Assembly (NCBI GenBank): GCA_963835405.1
Contig: CAWIFV010000010.1
Location: forward strand, 15,150 to 79,149
Reading direction: 5' to 3'
Origin: an uncultured Actinomycetota bacterium
GTDB lineage: Bacteria > Actinomycetota > Actinomycetes > JAFAQI01
DNA length: 64,000 bases
Shown here in pieces: positions 24,418-35,828 of the stretch (the first letter of the stretch is position 1; every line of letters starts with the position of its first letter). The notes under the pieces were generated by a model. That model was not told the origin of the DNA, did no database searches, and worked only from the letters and a program-made list of their open reading frames with translations. Both the position numbers and the translations under genes were made by a program.

Positions 24418-24913
24418 GTGCGCGTCTACGTCCCCGCCACCGTGCCGCTGCTGCGCGGCTGGCTCGCCGCCGGGCAGGCGCCGCCCGGGTCCGGCGTACG
24501 CGGTGACCCCGGCCCTGCGCGAGTGGTACCGCGAGGGGTCGCAGGAGGAGATGGAGTACGTCGCCCAGGCTCGCCGCCGGCCGGCGGCGCGCTGGCGCTG
24601 CTCGCCGCGGACCCCGACGCCCCCCGGCGCCGGGTGGTGGTCGCCGCCGACGTGCCGGACGCGGACGTCGCCCGGTCGGACGACCCCGAGCGGTCGGCGG
24701 TCGCCGTCGGCAGCCGGCGTGCCGGTGTCGGCGTGGGCGTCGGCGCTGCTCGACGACGAGGACGCGGAGGCGACCGTGAGCGCGGCCGTGACCGCGCTCG
24801 GCGCGGCGGCGGCCGGCGACGACGACGCGGCGTTCCTGCTCGACGAGGCCGATGCCACCGAGCTCGCGTGGTTCGGCGTCCAGGAGCTGCGGCACCTGCT
24901 CGCCATCGAGTGA
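24418..24913 (+). pseudogene. conserved hypothetical protein, about 3 frame breaks
   Basis: GTG 24418 gives VRVYVPATVPLLRGWLAAGQAPPG. It continues as VTPALREWYREGSQEEMEYVA and ...DEADATELAWFGVQELRHLLAIE (ORF 24503..24913). Confidence 0.45.
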
Positions 24914-24998
24914 CGGGTCAGGTCGGGGCGGGTCCGACGCGTGACAGGATGGCCGCAACCCGCCGATGACGCCGGGGAGCCCTGTCCGGGAGGCCGTC

Positions 24999-26642
<1,644 letters not shown>

Positions 26643-26684
26643 GTAGCCCACCCGGCCCGCTCGGGCAGCGGAGCCGGTCCGCGG

Positions 26685-27068
26685 TCAGCCCTGGGGGCTG
26701 CCGGCCTGCTCGAGGGCCTCCTTCACGTACGGCGCGAACCGCTGCTGCGCGGCCTGCTTGGTCACCCCGAGAGCAGCGCCGATGCCCTGCCAGGACACAC
26801 CCTGGGTGCGGGCCTCGCCGACGAGCGACAGCAGCGCCCAGTCGATGCGCTCGCCGATCATGGCGAGCTGGGTCATCGCGTCGAGGAGCGCCTCGCGATC
26901 GCCCCCGGGGCGCCCGCCGGACTCGGTGACCAGGCCGCGCAGTGCCCGGACGACCGCTGCCAGCGCCCGGTCCGCCCCCCGCTCCCCGCCGAGCCACAGC
27001 CGGTCGGCGTACGACGGGTAGGGCCAGGCCCCGGCCGCCGGTCGGGCACCCTCGTCGACGTCGGTCAT
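26685..27068 (-). CDS. hypothetical protein with C-terminal HTH-like segment
   Basis: ORF 26685..27068 contains GVSWQGIGAALGVTKQAAQQRF near the C-terminus. Divergent from the giant repeat-protein gene, so a local regulator role is possible but unproven. Confidence 0.5.
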   Translation of the reverse strand: MTDVDEGARPAAGAWPYPSYADRLWLGGERGADRALAAVVRALRGLVTESGGRPGGDREALLDAMTQLAMIGERIDWALLSLVGEARTQGVSWQGIGAALGVTKQAAQQRFAPYVKEALEQAGSPQG

Positions 27069-27226
27069 GACTCACCCCTCATTCGTTCGGGCAACCGCCC
27101 TTGACGCGGTTGTCCGGGTGACTCTTGCGCCGTCAATCGGGCTTGTCAAGGCGCCGTTCCGGTGATTGTCGAAAATTGGCTGTCGCGTTGGCTCAAGTTC
27201 CGCGCCGGAGTGACCGATAGGGGGTT

Positions 27227-30200
27227 GTGGCGGGGGGTTTCTCACGGGGCGGGCTGGTCTCACCGGGCTGGCTGGGCGGATCGCGCACGCGCGCGCTGTC
27301 CCGGTGGCTGCTGCCGGCGGGTGGCGCCGCCGCCGCCGTCGTCCTCGCCGCCGGCAGTGCCCACGCCGCCACCGCCTCGGGTGCCTACACCGGGCCGGCG
27401 AACCCCACCACCGCCGACACGCTCACCTGGGCCGTCACGACCGACGACCCCACGACGACGAGCTGCGAGCTCGACCGGGACGCCACCACGCTGGCGGGGC
27501 CCGAGGCCTGCTCGACGTCGTACAGCTACGACGTGGCCGGCGGCCAGCCGGGCACGTACACGCTCGTCGTCTACGGCGTCGCTGCCGCGGACGTCGTGCC
27601 CGGCACCACCACCGGCAGCGCGTCGGGTGTCACCGTCGCGCCGCCCGCCCCCACGCCGAGCGCGCCCCCCGCCTCGGCGAGCACCACCCCGAGCTGGACG
27701 CTCGGGCTGCCCACCGGTTACCCCTCCGGCACCTGCACCGTGACCGACGCCTCCAGCGCGGTCGTGGTCGGTCCCGAGGCCTGCACCAGCCCGTACCCGA
27801 GCGACCTCGGCGCCACCGCGGCGACCGGGGACTACACGCTCCACGTCACGGTCTCGGCCAACGGCGTCACCAGCGCCGAGGGCACCGCGACCTACACGCT
27901 CACGCCCCCGGCGCCCACCACGCCCACGATCAGCCGGGCCGCGGCCGTGGACAGCAACCCCACCCCGTCGTTCACGGTCACCGAGCCGGACGCGGACGCG
28001 ACGCTCACCTGCGCCGTCTCCGGCACGAGTGCCACGGTCTCCGCCTGCGGGGCCACCACCACGCTCGACCTGACCGCGGCGGCGGACGGCGTCTACACGC
28101 TCACCGTCACGGCCACCAACACAGCCGGGGGGACCTCCTCGGCCACCTTCGACTACACGCTCGACCGCTCCGCCCCCTCGACCGTGACCGTCACCGCACC
28201 ACCCTCGCCCGCCCAAGGCACCCAGCCGGTCTTCACCGTCGCCGAGAGCGACACCGGCGTCACCTTCACCTGCGTGCTGACCCGACCGGACAGCTCGACC
28301 CGGTCGGTCAGCGGATGTGGCGCGGGCCAGGTGAGCGTCACCCTCGGCGCCGGGGACGGGCTCTACACGCTCACCGTCACCGTGACCGACGCCGCCGGAA
28401 ACAGCACCGGCGGCAGCGCCTCCTACACGCTCGACAGCGCCGCGCCGACGACGCCCACGATCAGCCGGCTGAAGTCCGTCGACCGCAACCGCACCCCGTC
28501 GTTCACCGTCACCGAGCCCGATTCGGACGCCACCCTCTCCTGCACCGTCACCGCGCCCGCCACCGTGACGCTGTGCGGGTCGACCACGACGATCGACCTG
28601 AGCGGGCTGGTCGACGGCGTCTACACGCTGACCGTCACCGCCACGGACCCGGCCGGCAACACCTCGTCCGCCACGTTCGCCTACACCCTCGACACCGGCG
28701 CCCCCACGACCCCGACCATCACCCGCTCGAAGTCGGTGGACAAGACGCGCACCCCGTCGTTCACGGTCACCGAGCCGGACAGCAACGCCACACTGTCCTG
28801 CACCGTGACCGGGGCCGGGGCGTCCGTGACGACGTGCGGGCCGACCACGACGCTGAGCCTGACCGGCGCCGACGGCGACTACGTGCTGACCGTGACGGCG
28901 ACCGACCCGGCCGGCAACAGCTCGGCCGCCAGCTTCACCTACACGCTGGACACCGTCGCCCCCTCCACCCCGACCGTCAGCCGGTCGCCGTCGGTGGACC
29001 GGACGCGGACCCCGTCGTTCACGGTGACCGGCGTCGACGCGGACGCCACGCTGTCCTGCACCGTGACCGGCGCCGGGGCGTCCGTGACGACGTGCGGGCC
29101 GACCACGACGCTGAGCCTCACCGGCGCCGACGGCGACTACGTGCTGACCGTCACGGCCACCGACCCCGCGGGCAACACCGCGTCCGCGACCTTCACCTAC
29201 ACCCTCGACGCCACCCCGCCGACCAAGCCGACGGTCAGCCGGGCGACGTCCGTGGACAACGACCCGAACCCGTCGTTCACGGTCACCGAGCCGGACCCGG
29301 ACGCCACCCTGTCGTGCACCGTGAGCGGGGGCGCCGTTCTCACCCTCTGCGGCCCGACAACGACCCTTGACCTGTCCGGGCTGCCCGACGGCAGCTACGT
29401 GCTGACGGTCACGGCGACGGACGCGGTCGGCAACAGCATCTCGACGACCTTCACCTACACGTTCGACACCACCCCCCCGACCAAGCCGACCATCAGCCGG
29501 TCGAAGTCGGTGGACAAGAACCGGACCCCGTCGTTCTCGGTGACCGGCGTCGACGCGGACGCCACGCTGTCCTGCACCGTGACCGGGACGGGCGCGGGCG
29601 TGACGCTCTGCGGGCCGACCACGACGCTGAGCCTGACCGGCGCGGACGGCGACTACGTGCTGACCGTCACCGCCACCGACCCGGCCGGCAACACGACCTC
29701 GGCCACCTTCACCTACACGCTCGACACCACGCCGCCGCCCCCGCCCGCGATCGCCCCCGTCCCCGCCCGACTCGCCACGAAGCAGGTCACGGTGGGCATC
29801 AGCGACAGCGAGGCAGGAGTCGCCCTCACCTGCCTGCTCCGGGCGCCCGGCGGCGGGACGGTGTTCACCGGCACCTGCCCCGGCAGCGGCGGGTTCGACA
29901 CCACCGGCTTCGGCGACGGCATCTACACGCTGACCGTGACCGCCACCGACCCGGCCGGCAACTCCTCGAGCAGCCAGGTGAGCTGGGAGCGGGACACGAC
30001 CCCGCCGCCGCCGCCGGTGATCACGGGCCCGGGTGCGTTCACCAACGACACGACCCCCACGCTCGGCCTCAGCGACACCGAGACCACGGCGACGCTGACC
30101 TGCGAGCTGACGGGCCCGTCGGGGGCGAGCGTCTTCTCCGGCGGCTGCCCGGCCGACGGCACCTTCACGACGGACGACGGCGACGGCACCTACTCGCTGG

Positions 30201-32596
30201 TCGTCACCGCGACCGACGAGCTGGGCAACGCCTCGTCGAGCCAGACCACATGGGTGCTCGACACGGTGCCACCACCGGCGCCCGCGGTCGTCAAGCCGCG
30301 GGACCCGAGCAACCTCACCCAGCCGGCCGTCGGGATCAGCGACACCGAGAGCGGTGTCGTCCTCAGCTGTGTCCTGACCGAGCCGGGTGGCGGCACCGTC
30401 ACCTACGCCGCCTGCCCGGCCACCTTCGACACCCGCCCGTACGGCGACGGGCTCTACACCCTCGCCGTGACCGCGACCGACGCCGCCAGCAACACCACGA
30501 CGACGACCGTCACCTGGATCCGCGACACCCTGCCGCCGCCGGCGCCGACGGTGTCTCCTCCCGCACCGCTGACGAAGTCGCGCACGGTCACCCTCACGAT
30601 CAGCGACAGCGAGCCCGGCGTCGTCCTCACGTGCGTGCTGCGGGCACCGGACGGGTCGACCGTCTTCTCCGGCGCGTGCCCCGCCGACGGCCTCTTCGAC
30701 ACGACCGGGCACGGGGACGGCGTCTACACCCTCGTCGTGACCGCGACCGACGCGGCGACGAACTTCTCGACGACGACCGTCACCTGGACCCGCGACACCA
30801 TCCCGCCGCCGGTGCCTTCGGTCACCGGGCCGGCCAGGCAGCCGGCGCAGGACCGCGCGCCGGCGTTCACCGTCTCCGACACCGAGGCGGGCGTGACCTA
30901 CACCTGCACGGTCACCGGACCGGGAAGCGCCCGCGTGAGCGCGTGCGGGTCCACCTCCCGGCTCGACCTGACCGGCTCGCCGGACGGCACTTACACGCTG
31001 ACCGTCACCGCGACCGACCCGGCCGGCAACGTCAGCGGGTCGGCCTCCGCCGGCTTCACCCTCGACACCACGCCGCCGGTCACCCCCGCGGTCACGCCCA
31101 CCCCATCGCCCTCCCAGGGCCGGACCGTCACCTACACCAGCACCGGGGTGGAGCCGGGCGGCGTCCTCGCCTGCGCGCTCACGGGGCCCGCCGGGTCGAC
31201 GGTCACCGTCGCGTCGGCGTGCACCGCCACCGTCACGATCAACCTGGCCGGCCAGCCCGACGGCACCTACACCCTGTCCGTCACGGTCACCGACGCGGCG
31301 GGCAACGTCAGCAGCGCCGGGACCGCCAGCTACCGCCTCGACACCACGCCGCCGGCCGCGCCCGGCGTGCTGGTGCCGCCGAGCCCCGGCAACGACACCA
31401 CCCCGACGTTGACCATCGCCGCCGAGCCGGGCGCGACGGTCACCTGCACCATCGCCCGCTTCTTCAAGGTGGTCGGCGCGGTGACGTGCACGACCGACGG
31501 CACCCTCGACCTCGGTGCCTACCAGGACGGCGAGTTCGAGATCACCGTCACCGTCACCGACGCCGCGGGCAACGTCAGCCCGGCGACCACCGTCACCTAT
31601 CTCCTGGACACGCTCGCGCCGGTCACCCCGGAGCTCACCGAACCGGCGAGCCCGTCACCCATCGAGCGTCCGGAGTGGCTGTTCACCGCCGAGCCGGACG
31701 CCATCGCCACCTGCACGGTCACCGACGCCGCCGGCACCGTCGTCCAGGGTCCGGTCGCCTGTGCGGGGACGTTCACCGGAGCGTTCCGCCTGCTGCCGGA
31801 CGGCACCTACACGCTCAGCGTCGTCGTGACCGACGCCGCCGGGAACGCCTCGGTGCCCGCCCTGTCGGTGTTCGTGCTCGACCGGACCGCGCCGGTCCCG
31901 CCGACCGTGACGCCGCCACCGCCCTCCGGCAGCGACAAGACGCCGACCTGGAAGATCCGCGCCCCACGTGGTGCGGTGCTGACCTGCACGCTGCTGGGCG
32001 GCCGGTCCGTCCTGTACGCCGGGGAATGCCCGAGCGACGGCGTCTTCAGCCTCCGCCACCAGCCGGACGGCACCTACACGCTGCGGGTCACGGCGACGGA
32101 CAGCGCCGGCAACGTGAGCGCCGCGTCGGTGTCGGAATACGTCCTCGACACCGTCTCTCCGGCCGTGCCGCGCCTCGACTACGCGTCGCCGTCGCCGTCG
32201 ACCAACACCAACCCCTACTGGGGCTTCACCCTGCCGGCCGGCGCTGCCGGTCGCTGCCAGCTCACCCGCGACGGGACCGTGCTGGCCACCAAGACCTGTT
32301 CCGAGGCGGTCTCGTTCGACCTGTCCGGCCGCAGCCCGGGCACCTACGTGGTGGTCATCACCGCGGTGGACGCCGCGGGCAACACCAGCCGGTCGCTGCA
32401 GGTCAGCTACATCCTGGGCGCGCCGTCGTCGCCTCCGCCCCCGGCGTCCGGCGGTAGCGCTCCGCCGCCGCCAGCCTCGGCGGTGACGGCGGCCCGACCA
32501 CAGGTGGCGGCCACCACCGGTCCCACTCACCGGGCCCGGATGTCCTGCCGACGCCCGCCGCGGTCGAGCAGGCGATCGCCCGCATCGGGCAGCTGA
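27227..32596 (+). CDS. giant secreted tandem Ig-like-domain repeat protein (about 20 repeats of about 85 aa)
   Basis: Uninterrupted 1789-aa ORF. Signal-peptide-like N-terminus (RTRALSRWLLPAGGAAAAVVLAAGSAHA/ATASG). Repeats follow the pattern TPSFTVTEPD.DATLSCTVTG...CG.TTTL.L.G..DG.Y.LTVTATD.AGN....TF.YTLDT..P, each with two Cys. The C-terminus is Pro-rich. See the findings for a probable frameshift into ORF 32659..32904. Confidence 0.85.
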   Translation: MAGGFSRGGLVSPGWLGGSRTRALSRWLLPAGGAAAAVVLAAGSAHAATASGAYTGPANPTTADTLTWAVTTDDPTTTSCELDRDATTLAGPEACSTSYSYDVAGGQPGTYTLVVYGVAAADVVPGTTTGSASGVTVAPPAPTPSAPPASASTTPSWTLGLPTGYPSGTCTVTDASSAVVVGPEACTSPYPSDLGATAATGDYTLHVTVSANGVTSAEGTATYTLTPPAPTTPTISRAAAVDSNPTPSFTVTEPDADATLTCAVSGTSATVSACGATTTLDLTAAADGVYTLTVTATNTAGGTSSATFDYTLDRSAPSTVTVTAPPSPAQGTQPVFTVAESDTGVTFTCVLTRPDSSTRSVSGCGAGQVSVTLGAGDGLYTLTVTVTDAAGNSTGGSASYTLDSAAPTTPTISRLKSVDRNRTPSFTVTEPDSDATLSCTVTAPATVTLCGSTTTIDLSGLVDGVYTLTVTATDPAGNTSSATFAYTLDTGAPTTPTITRSKSVDKTRTPSFTVTEPDSNATLSCTVTGAGASVTTCGPTTTLSLTGADGDYVLTVTATDPAGNSSAASFTYTLDTVAPSTPTVSRSPSVDRTRTPSFTVTGVDADATLSCTVTGAGASVTTCGPTTTLSLTGADGDYVLTVTATDPAGNTASATFTYTLDATPPTKPTVSRATSVDNDPNPSFTVTEPDPDATLSCTVSGGAVLTLCGPTTTLDLSGLPDGSYVLTVTATDAVGNSISTTFTYTFDTTPPTKPTISRSKSVDKNRTPSFSVTGVDADATLSCTVTGTGAGVTLCGPTTTLSLTGADGDYVLTVTATDPAGNTTSATFTYTLDTTPPPPPAIAPVPARLATKQVTVGISDSEAGVALTCLLRAPGGGTVFTGTCPGSGGFDTTGFGDGIYTLTVTATDPAGNSSSSQVSWERDTTPPPPPVITGPGAFTNDTTPTLGLSDTETTATLTCELTGPSGASVFSGGCPADGTFTTDDGDGTYSLVVTATDELGNASSSQTTWVLDTVPPPAPAVVKPRDPSNLTQPAVGISDTESGVVLSCVLTEPGGGTVTYAACPATFDTRPYGDGLYTLAVTATDAASNTTTTTVTWIRDTLPPPAPTVSPPAPLTKSRTVTLTISDSEPGVVLTCVLRAPDGSTVFSGACPADGLFDTTGHGDGVYTLVVTATDAATNFSTTTVTWTRDTIPPPVPSVTGPARQPAQDRAPAFTVSDTEAGVTYTCTVTGPGSARVSACGSTSRLDLTGSPDGTYTLTVTATDPAGNVSGSASAGFTLDTTPPVTPAVTPTPSPSQGRTVTYTSTGVEPGGVLACALTGPAGSTVTVASACTATVTINLAGQPDGTYTLSVTVTDAAGNVSSAGTASYRLDTTPPAAPGVLVPPSPGNDTTPTLTIAAEPGATVTCTIARFFKVVGAVTCTTDGTLDLGAYQDGEFEITVTVTDAAGNVSPATTVTYLLDTLAPVTPELTEPASPSPIERPEWLFTAEPDAIATCTVTDAAGTVVQGPVACAGTFTGAFRLLPDGTYTLSVVVTDAAGNASVPALSVFVLDRTAPVPPTVTPPPPSGSDKTPTWKIRAPRGAVLTCTLLGGRSVLYAGECPSDGVFSLRHQPDGTYTLRVTATDSAGNVSAASVSEYVLDTVSPAVPRLDYASPSPSTNTNPYWGFTLPAGAAGRCQLTRDGTVLATKTCSEAVSFDLSGRSPGTYVVVITAVDAAGNTSRSLQVSYILGAPSSPPPPASGGSAPPPPASAVTAARPQVAATTGPTHRARMSCRRPPRSSRRSPASGS
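28793..29691 (+). repeat. three near-identical ~125-bp segments inside the giant gene (about 28793-28917, 29051-29175, 29567-29691)
   Basis: Read directly: ctgtcctgcaccgtgaccgg.gccggggcgtccgtgacgacgtgcgggccgaccacgacgctgagcct.accggcgccgacggcgactacgtgctgaccgt. recurs with only a few substitutions. The first two copies are 258 bp (86 codons) apart. Confidence 0.8.
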
Positions 32597-32658
32597 CCGA
32601 AACCGTCCGCCAGGCCGGTCACAAGGCCGCGCACGCCGCCGTCGACACGGCGCAGCAC

Positions 32659-32900
32659 GTGCTGCCGGCCATGCGCGACCAGTTCACCCGCCACGTCTCG
32701 TCGGCCGTGCAGGGCGTCGTCGACGCGGTCAGCCACGGCGCCGGCGGGGCCGGGTTCCCTTTGATGCTGCTATTTGTCGTCATCGCCTTCCTCGTCATGC
32801 AAAACCGGATAGACAGGCGGGATCCGAAACTTGCCTTGGCATCGGTTGCTGCCGATGACAATGTGCAGTTCCTCCCGCCACCCAGTCGAGGAGCAATGCC

Positions 32901-32904
<4 letters not shown>
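32659..32904 (+). CDS. TM-helix-containing ORF, probably the frameshifted C-terminal tail of the giant repeat protein
   Basis: The frame is open from 32458 (own translation ...PGPDVLPTPAAVEQAIARIGQLTETVRQAGHKAAHAAVDTAQHVLPAMRD...). It contains the hydrophobic helix FPLMLLFVVIAFLVM. Its TGA overlaps the ATG of the cyclase gene (ATGA at 32901-32904). Confidence 0.5.
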
Positions 32905-34462
<1,558 letters not shown>

Positions 34463-34466
<4 letters not shown>

Positions 34467-35395
34467 GTGTTGCTCGGCCCCAACGGTCGCATCGCGAACG
34501 CGAGAAGTGTCACCGCGTCGAAGGGGACCGGAGCGTTCGCCGCGTAGCCCGCGACGTAGTCGGCGGGAACGGGATGGTCGAAGCCCTCACCGGCAACGAC
34601 TTGTCGCGGGCCACTGGGCCCGCCGGACTCGTAGGTCGTACCGACGTAGCTGAGGTTGTTGTCACTTCCGCAGCTCACCCCGCCGTTCTTCGAAGCGGAG
34701 GGGCACGCATCTGCGGTGGTGGCGTCCAGCTCGGAGGGGGACGACGTCCAGTCGATGGCCACCGCGGTCGAGACGAGTGGCTTTCTGCCGAGCCGGTCAG
34801 GCATCGAGCCGAGCGCTGCGCCGCTCGCGGGTCCCAGCAGCGAGACCGGCGTCGATGAGGCATTCGCGGGGAACGGGGCGTGGCGCACCTTGACGATGTC
34901 CATCGGGAAGGGCATGCGCACTGTCGTTGAGCGATCTGTGGCGACCAGGACGGTGTAGCGGCGGCCGGGTTTCAACTGCATGAACCTGAAGTCGTAGCCG
35001 AAGGGCAGTATGGCCGGCCATCCGCGGGTTGATCCCGGGTCGGGCATCAGTGCCCAACCCTGGCGGAGCCGCGGAAAGTAGAAAGCCAGGTACCGGCTTG
35101 CCCTGCGCGGGAGCTCGCTCTGAAACGGCAGCGCCCAGGTCGTGCGCGGGACCGTGAAGACGACCCGGCTTCGGCGGGGCAGGGCCACCTGGGGGCCTGC
35201 CCCGCTCGATGGTGTCGTCGACGACGCGGTGTCCAGCGTCACTGCCTGCGAGCCCGGAGCGGACCCCTGTGTCCACGAACGCTCGACGGTGCGGCTGCCC
35301 GGGCCAGCTGATGGCGGGGTCGCGAACGTCGGCGCCGCGAGAACGAGCGCGCCGAACAGCGAGAGGGCGCACACTGGCCCTCGACGCCGAGCCAC
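34463..35395 (-). CDS. hypothetical secreted protein
   Basis: ORF 34463..35581. The likely start is GTG 35395, giving the signal peptide VARRRGPVCALSLFGALVLAAPTFA. Third positions are visibly more A/T-rich than in neighbouring genes. The stop overlaps the cyclase stop in the palindrome CCTAGG (34462-34467). No domain recognised. Confidence 0.55.
34530..34557 (+). repeat. direct repeat B, copy 1
   Basis: ggagcgttcgccgcgtagcccgcgacgt is identical to 39387-39414. It extends with 2-3 mismatches over about 11 more nt. Confidence 0.9.
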
Positions 35396-35472
35396 CCCTG
35401 TCTGCACGGCATCTCCAATTCGCGCGCGACGACCCGACTCCTGCCAGCGGCTCTCATCTCTCGCAGAGCGGG

Positions 35473-35502
35473 GCAGGCGCGAGCGGTCACGGCGCTCTCG
35501 TC
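35473..35502 (+). repeat. direct repeat A, copy 2 (relic of the cyclase gene 3' end)
   Basis: Identical 30-mer that would still read QARAVTALSS-stop in frame. Followed by the palindrome at 35509-35524. Confidence 0.9.
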
Positions 35503-35508
35503 GTAGGC

Positions 35509-35524
35509 GTTGAGGCGCCTCAAC
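35509..35524. terminator. perfect 16-nt palindrome GTTGAGGCGCCTCAAC, possible ancestral terminator hairpin of the cyclase gene
   Basis: Read directly. It lies 3 nt after the relic stop codon of repeat A copy 2. The equivalent position after copy 1 is degenerate (gttgctcggccccaac). No U-tract is present. Confidence 0.3.
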
Positions 35525-35706
35525 ACGAGGACTAGTCGGGTCGGTGCGGGTGTCCTGACCCGTTGTCGTCAGCCTCATCATCCGTTCGGCTAATTCTTCC
35601 GTGCATTCGGGTGTATCTGCGTCATATCGACACGGGATGCTTTGACTCGCCGGAGATATCGCGTGACGGTGCAGTCACCGTCGGCCGTCGGCTGGCGGAG
35701 TGCGCA

Positions 35707-35796
35707 CCCGGGGAGGCGTCGACACCGCGACCGAGCAGTCGGTCACCTTGGCTCGGGGGAGCCGCGGTCGCGGCGAGCCACTGGTGGGACCGGCCC
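35707..35796 (+). promoter_or_regulatory. conserved structured 5' leader element, copy 3 (diverged)
   Basis: CCGCGACC (35725-35732) pairs with GGTCGCGG (35766-35773). The enclosed hairpins are ACCGA-gcag-TCGGT and GGCTC-gggg-GAGCC. The tail is GGCGAGCCACTGGTGGGACCGGCCC (35772-35796). It ends 32 nt before ATG 35829. Confidence 0.6.
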
Positions 35797-35828
35797 CGGC
35801 ACCGCGTCGGACGACAGGGGTGCCCGGG

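Noticed and set aside
27091-27160. Cluster of TTGAC-containing motifs and a GCGCC...GGCGC pair in the divergent intergenic region upstream of the giant gene, considered as a regulator binding array
   Set aside because: The arms do not extend into a convincing palindrome and the motifs are short enough to occur by chance. This is not strong enough to report as a feature.
27260-30712. 1150-aa minus-strand ORF and the 688-aa / 735-aa alternative plus-frame ORFs inside the giant repeat gene
   Set aside because: They are shadow frames of the Ig-like repeat gene. Their products are Arg/Gly/Asp/His-rich and periodic only because the sense frame is periodic. The sense frame has the signal peptide and the conserved Cys pattern.
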